Below, in pieces: positions 47,966 to 59,131 of a stretch of DNA of 64,000 nt. A model generated the notes under the pieces. The model saw only the letters and a list, made by a program, of their open reading frames with translations, was not told the origin of the DNA and ran no database searches. The DNA is from Octopus sinensis. Lineage: Eukaryota. Within the stretch, counting starts at the first letter, position 1; every line of letters begins with the position of its first letter. Both the position numbers and the translations under genes were made by a program. The stretch covers positions 1-64,000 of the forward strand of contig NW_021832413.1 of assembly GCF_006345805.1 (NCBI RefSeq), given 5' to 3'.

Positions 47966-48225
47966 TTTTTTTTTTTTTTTTTTTTTTTTATATGTAATTA
48001 ACAAATAGTTATTAACTAACTAATTCCCGGCATCGTAAATGGAAACACAGTTCCACTACTATGGCCAAGGAAATCCTTTCGAAAAGCCACTTGGACTCGC
48101 GTGGGTCTCCCCGTTTGGGAGATCATGCGGCCAAGCTTTTTAGAAAGGAAAGAGACTTTTCGCCGATGACGCCGGAAGTCTCGACGGCGATGGGAGTGAA
48201 CAGATTTATGACTTTATGATTGAAT
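47966..48225 (-). mobile_element. 5'-truncated CRE-like retrocopy with poly(A) tail
   Basis: AVETSGVIGEKSLSFLKSLAA..GDPRESKWLFERISLAIV on the minus strand. T24 run at 47966-47989 is the A tail. Confidence 0.85.
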
Positions 48226-48320
48226 ATTAATTTTCTAAAAATTGAAAAATCATTAATCAATTATTTCTCAGAGGTAACTCGGAGGTAACGAGTGGGGCAT
48301 AGTAATCCCTGAGGCATGTG

Positions 48321-50050
48321 ACATAATAAAATGGTATGGTGTTTGTCTGTCTGTCTGTGTGTGCACACCAACTTAAATTGGCAATACGATGTCTTCGACT
48401 TACATGATGAAGTCCTTAAAACCTTCCCCCCAAAAAAAATTAAAAAAATTTTCTGCATTTTGGTTAAAATGATAACTACAATGTCTCGACTTACATGATG
48501 AAGTCCTAAAAACCTTCCCCCCAAAAAAAATTAAAAAAAAATTTTCTGCATTTTGGTTAAAATGAACAACTACAATGTCCTCGACTTACATGATGAAGTC
48601 CTTAAAACCTTCCCCCCAAAAAAAATTAAAAAAATTTTCTGCATTTTGGTTAAAATGAACAACTACGATGTCCTCGACTTACATGATGAAGTCCTTAAAA
48701 CCTTCCCCCCAAAAAAAATTAAAAAAAAATTTCTGCATTTTGGTTAAAATGAACAACTACAATGTCCTCGACTTACATGATGAAGTCCTTAAAACCTTCC
48801 CCCCAAAAAAAATTAAAAAAAAATTTCTGCATTTTGTTAAAATGAACAACTACGATGTCCTCGACTTACATGATAAAGTCCTTAAAACCTTCCCCCCAAA
48901 AAAAAATTAAAAAAAAGTTTTCTTGCATTTTGGTTAAAATGAACAACTACGATGTCCTCGACTTACATGATGAGGTCCCTAAAACCTTCCCCCCCAAAAA
49001 AAATAAAAAAAATTTCTGCATTTTGGTTAAAATGAACAACTACGATGTCCTCGACTTACATGATGAGGTCCCCAAAACCTTCCCCCCAAAAAAAATTAAA
49101 AAAATTTTCTGCATTTTGGTTAAAATGAACAACTACGATGTCCTCGACTTACATGATGAGGTCCTTAAAACCTTCCCGCCAAAAATCAAAAAATATTTTC
49201 TGCATTTGATTAAAATGAACAACGTTAATGTCCTCGACATTCATGATGAGGTCCATTAAAACCTTCGAGGCAAAAATCTCACGTATTAAGATATCCTTGA
49301 TGAAAACGACAGCGAGAATATTAACAATGATGAACTCCCAATTATTCGCGATAAAGAAATTCAATTCATCCTATGATTTTCTCTTTAAAATTAAATGCAT
49401 ATATCATTATCGACCATGAATCAAAATTAAAGCTATTATCATATTTGACTTTGACAGAATGTGCAATTACAGATTGCACGACCTTGAATAAGAGGTGCAA
49501 TTAACAGATTTTGAAAAAACACTTTGATAATTAAAACAACATTAGCACAATCATTAACACAATTACCACCAATTGACAGCGCAATCAGAAGAATTTGCGT
49601 AAAAATATTAACTATTTAGTTAAGTTTTTCGTAAAATAGATTTATTTTCGGTATGCCTCTTTTCCTAAACTTTTTTATTATTCAAAAATAATTTTTTAAA
49701 TAGATAACCGAAGGAGGAAAAACGAAGCTGAAGAAAAAACGGTCAGCTTAAGGTAATTAATTAAATCTTTTTTGTGTGTCGCTTTTTTTTGCTGCTGCTA
49801 CTCTGCCTGCCGCATCTCCGCCTGCCCCATTTCCGCCAGTGGTTTGTCTAATCAAGGTCACTAAGCTAATCTCCGGACTATAAAGGCTCTTAAGCATTAT
49901 CTTAATTGGCTTGTTAAAAAAATTAGACAGGTTGTTGCCGTGGCGGCAGAGATTTTTTTGTTTATACTATTTTACAAATTTTTAAATTGTTTTTTTGTTG
50001 TTTTTTATTTTTTTGTTTTTAAATATTTGTTTTTTTTATTTTTTTTTTTG
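48321..50050 (+). mobile_element. Non-autonomous Helitron copy 2 (5' portion, ~9 satellite units at ~48385-49260), inverted relative to copy 1
   Basis: Starts ..TAATAAAATGGTATGGTGTTTGTCTGTCTGTCTGTG. Reverse complement of 45270-47620. Truncated where the R2/NeSL-like element begins. Confidence 0.92.
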
Positions 50051-53000
50051 TAGAGTCTGTTATGCAACGTGCTACTATCTCGATGTGTGCTCTACCTGGA
50101 CAACAAGAAACTAACAATATTATTAATAATAATATACCTAGAGCAGGATGGACACCCGCATCGGAGAGACAGACGTCCGATGGCAAGAACATCGTCTTTG
50201 CCATTGCAGAAGGGATCGAGTGCACGACCCGGGGGACTGGGTTAAATCCGCCCTTTCCCAAGTGTTTGGAAGAGCTTCCAGGATGCCCAGAAATGGGTGG
50301 CCTACCCTCCTTAAGTGTTTCAATCGACGCTTTAGCTCGAACCTATCGTTAGATGCACTGAAGAAGCTGGCCAAGACCCCTCCTCCTGGCTCGCGGGGGA
50401 GGACTGCCGCTGCGGTTACGCCGTCAGGATGCCCCCCGTGTTCTGAACAACACGAGCACCAGAGTAGTGAGTTATCGCTACTCTTGCAGGTTAAGGAGAT
50501 ATTTAGTAGGCATATCTCTGCGAATCGTGTTGTCCCCCTTGCGGACCGCAGAGTGACCCGAAAGATACCTCGGTGGCAACTCAGAAGTGACGTGATGGGT
50601 TGCATCAATCGTGCCATAGCTTACGCGATCGTGCGTGAGCCTCCGGAGACAATGGACGAGATTTCTCTCTATTTGTACTCGGCACAGACAACCTATGATG
50701 AAATCACTCAGAGGCCTGCCCCAAAGAGTAGATGGAGAGAAAACATTGCCGCAAAAGTAGCCGCAAGGAAAGCCGAGCTGGAAGCGCTGACTGGGCACAT
50801 TTTGAATGTGAGCAATGGGGTCAAGGGCAAGACTCCCCCCTTGGTGCGTACTTTACTTCGTCGGGAACGAGCTGCCAAATGGGACCTCAACGAGTTGAGG
50901 CGTGTCCGGGCAGAGAGGGAGGAGCTGATTCTCGTTTATCAGAAGAAGCTCTCAACTCATGAGTCTCGGTGTCAGCGCAGGCGGGAGAACAACCTGTTTG
51001 AATTTAATCGCAGGTCGTTCTATCGTCGGTTGCACGGAGAGACGAAGGAGGGTACCCAGCAAAAGGCCGAAATGCTTGACACATGGGGGAGTATGTGGAA
51101 AGCACGTCCTCGCAAGGGTGTGTCGTTTCCGTTTTGTGGACCCGATGCTCCCTTGATGACCGAATCTTGTGGTGTCTCTGACATCCGCAAGAAGTTCGAT
51201 GAAGCAGTAACCCGTCTCTCTGACTGGAAGACACCTGGGGTCGATAAAGTGTATAATTTCTTTATTAAAAATTGCAAACCTATCCATGATTGCATGTGTC
51301 GAGCAATCGAACAGTTTACACTAGACCCTGGCTCGATTCCAGAGTGGTTATGTACTGGGGTCACTTATTTGATCCCTAAAGTAGATAACCCTCCGCTCCG
51401 ACAGATTATCGTCCGATAACCTGTATGCCCAACCTGTACAAGTTGATGACTAAGGTGGTGGCTACTGAGGTCAGAAATTTCGTGGAGGTGAATGGGATTC
51501 TGTCCGAGAACCAGTTAGGTACTCGGCGGGATTGCCAGGGAGCTAAGGAGCAGGCACTGATCAACAAATGCCTCGCGAGAGCCCACGGAAACTCACTAGT
51601 GTCAATGTGGGTGGATGTGAAGAAGGCATATGACTCGGTTGATCATGCCTACCTCGTTGAGTGTCTGCGAAGGCTTAAGTTGCCAATGTGGTTTATCAAA
51701 TTTGTTGCAACTGTGATGGACAAGTGGAACGTCCATCTAAATTACAACAATGCGATATAGGCGAGGTGAAACTAGAGAGGGGCATATTAGAGGGCGACAG
51801 CATGTCTCCGCTGCTGTTCGTCCTCTGCCTAGAACCGTTGAGTAGAGTCCTCACTGCCCAATCGAACAAATGTCGATCGAACATGAAGGAGGGTGTTTTA
51901 GCACCAACCATCTCATGTTCATAGACGACATTAAGCTGTTCGCTCGGTCTTCAGAGATCCTCACTCAATGGGTAAAGTCCTGAAAGGTTTCATGAAGGCC
52001 GTGGGGTTGGAGCTCAACTACAACAAGTCGGCGACTAACACCCCTGTGTGCGGTGACCTAGTCAAAGTCTTGGAGGAACACCAAGGATATAAGTATCTTG
52101 GTGTGGTTGAGAGTCCAGCCTCATTAATCACACCCGAAACGAGAAAGTGTGTAGTGGAGGGTGTGCGTAGTAGGGCGGCAATGTTATGTAAGACTCGGCT
52201 CAATGCACGGAACTTATTTCATGCCTTGAACGAGTATGCCATCTCATTGCTAAACTACTACGTTGGCCTGATCGAATTCGAGCCGAGTGAGTACGATGAA
52301 ATGGACCTTATTGTCCGAAGAGTACTCCGAGAGAATCATGTCCACGTGTTGGCAAGCAATAAGGAGAGATTGTACTTGTCTCGCGGGCAGCTAGGACGTG
52401 GACTGAGTAACATCGTACACTTAAGTGAGCGAATTCTTACTAAGATGCACGACACCTTGTGGAGTGGGTCGAGTGTATCCCAAAGGAAGGCTGCCATCCT
52501 TGCTGCTGAAAAAGCGCGTGGTACACACCTAGGGACCATAAAAGGCTATGTGTCGGCTAAGTATGGTCTAGGTGCTACCCAAGTTAATGTGAAGGAGTTG
52601 ATCAAACTTCAAAAGGAGTCTTTAATTAAAAAGATCAACTTAAAAGTCCTTCACAAGACTCTCTTTAGCAGCTGGACAACCCGCACATTGACGTATCGTC
52701 GTCATCTACGTGGCTGAAATATGGAATAACTCTCCCCGATCAGAAGGGTTGTTCTCATATTTGCAGGATAGGAACTTTTTTAATGGTCAACGGAAACAGT
52801 GTAACCACTGTAAGAGTAAGGCAATGACCGTTGACTATTTAGCCACGAAGTGCGGGAGTGCTTTACCATGATTACACATGGAGGCATAACGAGGTGGTGA
52901 GGTCCCTCCATCTTTTGCTCTGCAATAAGTACGGCTTGAGGCGGTCCAGAAAGTTGCGAACCCATCGAGTTCAATCGGTGTGTGAGAACTCGCGGGTGTG

Positions 53001-53300
53001 CATTAAGGTGGATACCCCCATACGCACCTCGATTGTTGTCCAGCACAACAGACCCGACATTGTGGTCCACGATAGGTCACCGGGGAGATTGTTATCGTGG
53101 AGGTGGGCATTACGTGCCTAGACCGTTTGCAAATAGTGGAGTGGAGAAAAGGAGGAAGTATGACCTCCTTGCAAACGAGCTAGGAGTGATGCACCAGTGC
53201 AAAGTCCATGTCATCCCGTGTGTGATGACATGGGATGGACTGGTCACCAAATACCACAAGCGGTACTTAAGACAGTTGGATGTAGATAAGTCTCTACACT
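50051..53300 (+). mobile_element. R2/NeSL-like non-LTR retrotransposon (single RT-REL ORF with about 8-9 single-base frameshifts); 3' end interrupted by hAT
   Basis: DWKTPGVD, YRPITCMPNLYK, ENQLG, WVDVKKAYDSV, RGILEGDSMSP, MFIDDIKL, YKYLG, CxxC..H, RHNEVV, HNRPDI, EVG, KRRKYDLLANEL and TWDG, recovered across frames. Confidence 0.93.
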
Positions 53301-53301
53301 G

Positions 53302-54232
53302 TAGAGGTTTTCAAACACTGCGCCGCGGCACATTTTTGTGCCGCGGGACGATATAAAATGTGCCGCGTGAAGATCTATATTTACTTATTTTTTGTTTAAT
53401 TTTTAACTTAAAAATTATTTATAATGAAACAATTATAATAAATTATAATCACGTTGCTATTTGTTATGTCTGTGCATTGGAGTATTCGTCATTACAAATC
53501 ATCTTTTTTATCTATGGGTTTTGACTGTTGTGGCACTGGAAATAGTTTACCACAGTGCCTGATTTGCATGGAGGTGTTGTCGAATGAATCAATGGTTCCA
53601 TCTAAACTTCGTAGACATTTTTTATCTAAGCACCCGGAATATAAAGATTATTCAATTGATTATTTTAAAGAATTAAGCAAAAAACATAGGTAGTGTTAAT
53701 AATTATATATATACATATTTAGAGTAAGTAAAAAATCATTTTCAAAATCATTTGGAAAATCAGAAGATGCAGTAAAGTGCTCTTATCTAGTATCGGAATT
53801 GATTGCCAAGAAAATGAAACCTCATACAATTGCCGAAAATCTTATCCTTCCAGCATGCAAATTAATAGTCCGAACAATGTTTGGCGTGGAATTTGAAAAA
53901 AAATTATTCAAAATTCCCTTTTCGGACAATACTATTTGTCGAAGAATTAGTACAATGTCGTTTGATATTGAAGAAAAAGTGGTATCTATAATGAAAAACA
54001 ATTTATATTCATTGCAAATTGACGAATCAACTGACATAACAGGAATTGCACAGTTGCTTATTTATATTCGTACTGAAAAGTCAGAAAGTATTATTGAACA
54101 ATTTCTTTTCTGCAAGACATTAGTTACTACTACTCGTGCAATTGATATGTACAATTTGATGTTTGATTATTTTAATCAACATAATATTTCCTTTAAAAAT
54201 TGTGTTGGTGTATGCACAGATGGGGCACCATC
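53302..54232 (+). mobile_element. hAT transposon, 5' half (ZBED8/SCAND3/Buster-like) with a 33-nt intron at 53690-53722
   Basis: Left terminus TAGAGGTTTTCAAAC; BED finger PQCLICMEVLSNESMVPSKLRRHFLSKH; KPHTIAENLILPA, LQIDESTD and CTDGAP. Intron removal joins ORFs 53454-53693 and 53799-54284 in frame. Confidence 0.9.
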
Positions 54233-54276
54233 CGGAAAACTCCCTTCAAAGAATGAGAGACAGCCATGTTTGACAG

Positions 54277-54363
54277 GTCATTGAGGAGTGGGAAGGGAAT
54301 ATACGAGGACATCCTCGACACGGAAATCAGGGCATACCGTACTCTCATGGAGACAGAGGAGAC
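54277..54363 (+). pseudogene. Intermediate filament/lamin rod-end fragment
   Basis: YEDILDTEIRAYRTLMETEETR matches the IF helix-termination consensus LDxEIxxYRxLLExEExR. Preceded by a TTTGACAG acceptor-like site. Confidence 0.7.
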
Positions 54364-55599
54364 GAGATTCCTTTTGTTCTCTGGGATGTCCACATTCCAC
54401 ATCAGTCTGCCCACACTGTCACACTCCACAACACTGCCGACACTGTAATCAGACTGTCGATGTGTCCGCCTTTCTCTTCCCCATCACACTTCACTCCCTC
54501 CCCACGCATATTGCAATATATACAGTCCACTCATGACCCACAACACCCTCCTTTGCCCTCCAACACCCCTGGCTGGCCGAACATCCTTCCACTATTCGCT
54601 TGTTTGATGCCAATAACGTACAAGTCCCCAAACGTTACTTCATGTAGTAGTCTTACTTTATTCTTTTTCTATTATTTGTTTATATGTTCTTATTATTAAA
54701 TATTTGTAATAAATATAGTCACGTTAAGTATTGTTGTGACGGATGCCCCTGCTGCATTAGGACAGGTGATGACTAAGTAATATAGAAGGTGACCAAAGTA
54801 CTGGAAGAGTAGGCTCGCAGGGTCAGTGCACTCAAGTGCGAGTCATCCTGATGAACACTTCCCACCGCAGTATAATCAGGAATGTCAAGGGCCTTGTGCG
54901 TTTGGGAGATGTGATTGCTCTCATGGAGTGCGAGAGAGAAACCAAGAGGCTCTATTAACTGTTCTTATTTCTTGTGTGTGAATAATTTATTTTCTGTGAA
55001 TATCTTTGATAAACTCAACATTCATATTCTCGAGAATTGTATACTTCGAGGGAAAAACCTGCAATTATAGCCAAGTGCAGTATTTTCTATCACTTGCAGG
55101 ATTTCCGACCTCCATAAGCATACTGCTGACTGTCTTTTAAAACTTTTCAAGGACTAAAAGAGTATCAGTTCACTCCTGAAAGAAACCGATGCAAGTCCAT
55201 TTCAAAAAGACTTCTTTTTTAAATATTTGAGTTAGAAAAAGTACAAAAAGTCAGAATTTTTCATGAAAAAGTACATTTATCACGATTTGTGAGTAATGAT
55301 AAGATTTACATATGCAACGATAGAATTGCACAAAGGGCGACTAGCAGACACAAGCTGCCATAATTTGATGTTTTAAAGACATTCCACATAAATATTCAAT
55401 TAGCAAAGTAAATTTTTAGTCGTTCAACACAATCTAGTGGTGACTACAACAAAATAAGTATTATTTAATGCAACTTTACATGAAGGTTCTAAAACTCTAT
55501 AAATGATATCTGAGTTCAACTACAAATGTGATATTTTGATTTCAAAAACAACGTCTGAATTTTTTATTTTAATTTTATTAATAAAAGGACAAGAGAAAA

Positions 55600-55830
55600 C
55601 TGGTCATTGGCAGATAGCTAGAGTATTCCCTCCCTCTGGCTATTTGCTCGGTTAAATACCGGTCCTCACACGGGTCGCCGGTAAACCTTTCGATTAGTGA
55701 GCCAATTCGCAGGAATAGGCTCCGAGTAGAAGGCCCCTGTATTCCTGACGTCTCAACAGCCAGGGGGACAAAAATTCTGCCATTCCCAGTTCCAGCGTAT
55801 TTCTCAACCTTTCTCTTCTCAACCCGTTCA
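55600..55830 (-). mobile_element. CRE-like 3' fragment
   Basis: EKRKVEKY..FVPLAVETSGIQGPSTRSLFLRIG..GDP matches the C-terminus of 37570-40164. Confidence 0.82.
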
Positions 55831-56304
55831 GACGGTCTAAATTTACAAAAACATTGGTATTTAAACTTTTCTGGCAAATCTATATTTACAAAGAATTTTA
55901 TAAATTTCAAAAGCTCCATTTGTATATAATTGAAAAACCGCATATCCCATCAAAAGCCCGTCACCTTTACGCCCGCCAGACCCACCGTTTGCTTTTCACA
56001 TAATCAAATCTCAAATCACCCAAAATGTCTAGCTGTTACTTATGTGGGTAAAAAATAAGAAAAACAGTCGTGGTTACATTGATAAAAAAGTGAATCACCA
56101 ATGTCAAAAGAAAATTGTTCAAACCTACCAAAATCCAAACAAAAAAGAATTCTCTAATATCTCACTATTATCGCCTCAAAAGCGCACTAAAAATGAGAAT
56201 TGTCAAAAAAGTAGTTTCATCACGAATTGCGTGTAAACCCAGCAAGTTTTTCTCTGATGGAGTTGACATATTCGAGCTGAGCATCCACGTCCTCGTCAGT
56301 CACA

Positions 56305-56781
56305 TTATAGTTCTATGACCTCACTCAACCCACAAACAGCAATCAAAGGCTGATCAGGATCGACGTAGAGATCTCCGCCATTATTCCATTGACCAACCAA
56401 ATGGTGGCGTTCCTCGTGAAGGCAGTGCACCACACTCTGGAGAGCTCCACTCACTGCCAATGTCATGACTGAGGGACCTGAGTCTGTGCAAATAAACGCA
56501 TCGGGAAGACAGGATTTGATTTTTTGACCAAATTGCTCATCGGACGGAAAGTAGTTTTGTGATCTTTTTTGCCAAAACATCTGTTTAAAGGTGGTTGTGG
56601 TTACCTGACGTGGTATGTCTTGACGACCAAATTTGAGATCATTCTTTACTTTGCTGGTAAAATGCTTTGTTATTATTTTTGGTTGTTTTTTGTTGCGGCG
56701 TCGTGTCATCCGAATTGGTGGACCGATTTCCTGTTGAGGCCCAGCTAGAAAATTATGATTAAATGAGGTTACAATTTGCAA
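56305..56781 (-). other. Unidentified coding-like region (158-aa ORF), possibly part of a multi-exon gene
   Basis: ORF length and protein-like composition only; no recognised motif. Confidence 0.25.
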
Positions 56782-57072
56782 AGTTAATTATATCTGGTAA
56801 ATCTTCCATGTTAGATATTTTTAAAATCTAACTAGTTTTAAAACAATAGATCGAGATTTAAATTTGATTAATAAATTAAATAAAAGTATAATATTATAAT
56901 CAACTATTCAAAAATTCGGTCTTACTGACAATGTCCTACTGAGACACGATATTTATGAAAATCCTAATAATCGAAAATATCCATATCTATGATCAAATAG
57001 ATTTAACGAAATAACAAATATCCAAAGTTGATAAAAATACTTGCGACTTAAAGATATGAACAGGCGATAGAA

Positions 57073-58864
57073 TAATGTAACCCTATTCTATCGCCTGTTG
57101 ATAAACGATGTTTGTCGTCCGTCCTTCCTTGGCATATATGAATAAATTTTCTCTTCTGCCTACCCTCGAGCATCCCACATACAGCTGTCCATGTGAAAAG
57201 CACTCACTCTCTAAAAATAACCCAACACCTTTAATGACTGTCCCTGGGCCTTGTTTATTGTCATTGCAAAACTCATCCTCAAAGGAAATTGCAGCCTTTT
57301 AAATCTAAATGGTAATTCATCAGAAATTATCGGAATTCGTGGAATATAAACATCCTCACCTCTATACTTACCTGTTAATATCGTCGCCTCTACTACGTTA
57401 GCCATCAAAATTTTGATAACTAACCTCGTTCCGTCGCATAATTTAGGTGGAGCAAGATTTCGTAGTAAAACCACTGGAACGCCTATCTTTAACTTTAAAA
57501 GATGATTCGGCATTCCAGAGGGATCTAAGGAGTTTAAAAATTCAATCCAATTGAATTTTTAGAAAATAACAAAAAAAATAAAAAAAACAAATAAAAATAA
57601 ATAATTTAAAAACAAAAGAAATTAAAAAACAAAAAAAAACTTTAAAAATTTGTAAAAAAGTATAAACAAAAAAAATCTCTGCCGCCACGGCAACAACCTG
57701 TCTAATTTTTTTAACAGCCAATTAACATAATGCTTAAGAGCCTTTATAGTCCGGAGATTTAGCTTAGTGACCTTGATTAGACAAACCACTGGCGGAAATG
57801 GGGCAGGCGGAGATGGGGCAGCCGGAGATGCGGCAGGCAGAGTAGCAGCAGCCAAAAAAGCGACACACAAAAAAGATTTAATTAATTACCTTAAGCTGAC
57901 CGTTTTTTCTTCAGCTTCGTTTTTCCTCCTTCGGTTATCTATTTAAAAAATTATTTTTGAATAATAAAAAATATTAGGAAAAAAGAGGCATACAGAAAAT
58001 AAATTCTATCTTTACGAAAAACTTCTTTTCTTAAGGTCGTCTTCCCTCCTTTGGTTATCTATTGAAAAAATTATTTTTGAATAATAAAAAAGTTTAGGAA
58101 AAGAGGCATACCGAAAATAAATTTAATCTTTACGAAAAACTTAAATAAATAGTTAATATTTTAACGCAAATTCTTCTGATTGCGCTGTCAATTGGTGGTA
58201 AATTGTGTTAATGATTGTGCTAATGTGGTTTCAACTATAAAAGTTTTTTTCAAAATCTGTTAATTGCACACTCTATTCAAGGTGCAATCTGTAATTGCAC
58301 ATTCTGTCAAAGTCAAATATGATAATAGCTTTAATTTTGATTCATGGTCGATAATAATATATGCATTTAATTTTAAAGAGAAAATCATAGATGAATTGAA
58401 TTTCTTTATCGCGAATAATTGGGAGTTCATCATTGTTAATATTCTCGCTGTCGTTTTCATCAAGGATATTCTTAATACGTGAGATTTTTAATGGACCTCA
58501 TCATGAATGTCGAGGACATTAACGTTGTTCATTTTAATCAAATGCAGAAAATAATTTTTTGATTTTTTGGCGGAAAGGTTTTAAGGACCTCATCATGTAA
58601 GTCGAGTACATAGTAGTTGTTCATTTTAACCAAAATGCAGAAAATTTTTTTTTAATTTTTTTTTGGGGGAAGGTTTTATGGACCTCATCATGTAAGTTGA
58701 GGACATCGTAGTCGTTCATTTTAACCAAAATGCAGAAAATTTTTTTTTAATTTTTTTTGGGGGAAGGTTTTAAGGACCTCATCATGTAAGTCGAGGACAT
58801 CGTATTGCCAATTTGAAGTTGGTGTGCACACACAGACAGACACACACCATACCACTTATTAAGA
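57073..58864 (-). mobile_element. Non-autonomous Helitron copy 3 (intact 5' TC end, ~3 satellite units, PIF1 remnant; 3' hairpin lost)
   Basis: Minus-strand start A|TCTTAATAAGTGGTATGGTGTGTGTCTGTCTGT at 58864. Direct copy of 44772-46350. Has an internal ~100-bp partial duplication near 58030-58140. Confidence 0.92.
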
Positions 58865-59131
58865 TTAATAAATTTCATTGCGGTAATTTATTAAGATCTA
58901 TTTGTATGTGTTTGTTTCACGGACGCAAAATTGCAAGTGTAAATAATATCTTCATAGTTATGTCTTATTCTCTCGACCCTAAACACCGAAGAGTTTCTCA
59001 ACAATTCACAATAATTCAAATTACTTATGAGGCCGTATAGTCTCGCCCAATATTTCATCGAGTGAGTCCAAATTGAATAAAATTAACCGACTCCTAATTA
59101 TACTTTGCTTCAAATTGAAACGCATTCGACT

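Noticed and set aside
33250-54232. The two hAT fragments break at the same GCACCA (TDGAP) point and look like halves of one element
   Set aside because: The termini differ (TAGAGGTTTTCAAAC vs CAGGGGTGCCCAAG), the proteins resemble different hAT subgroups, and the order is reversed.
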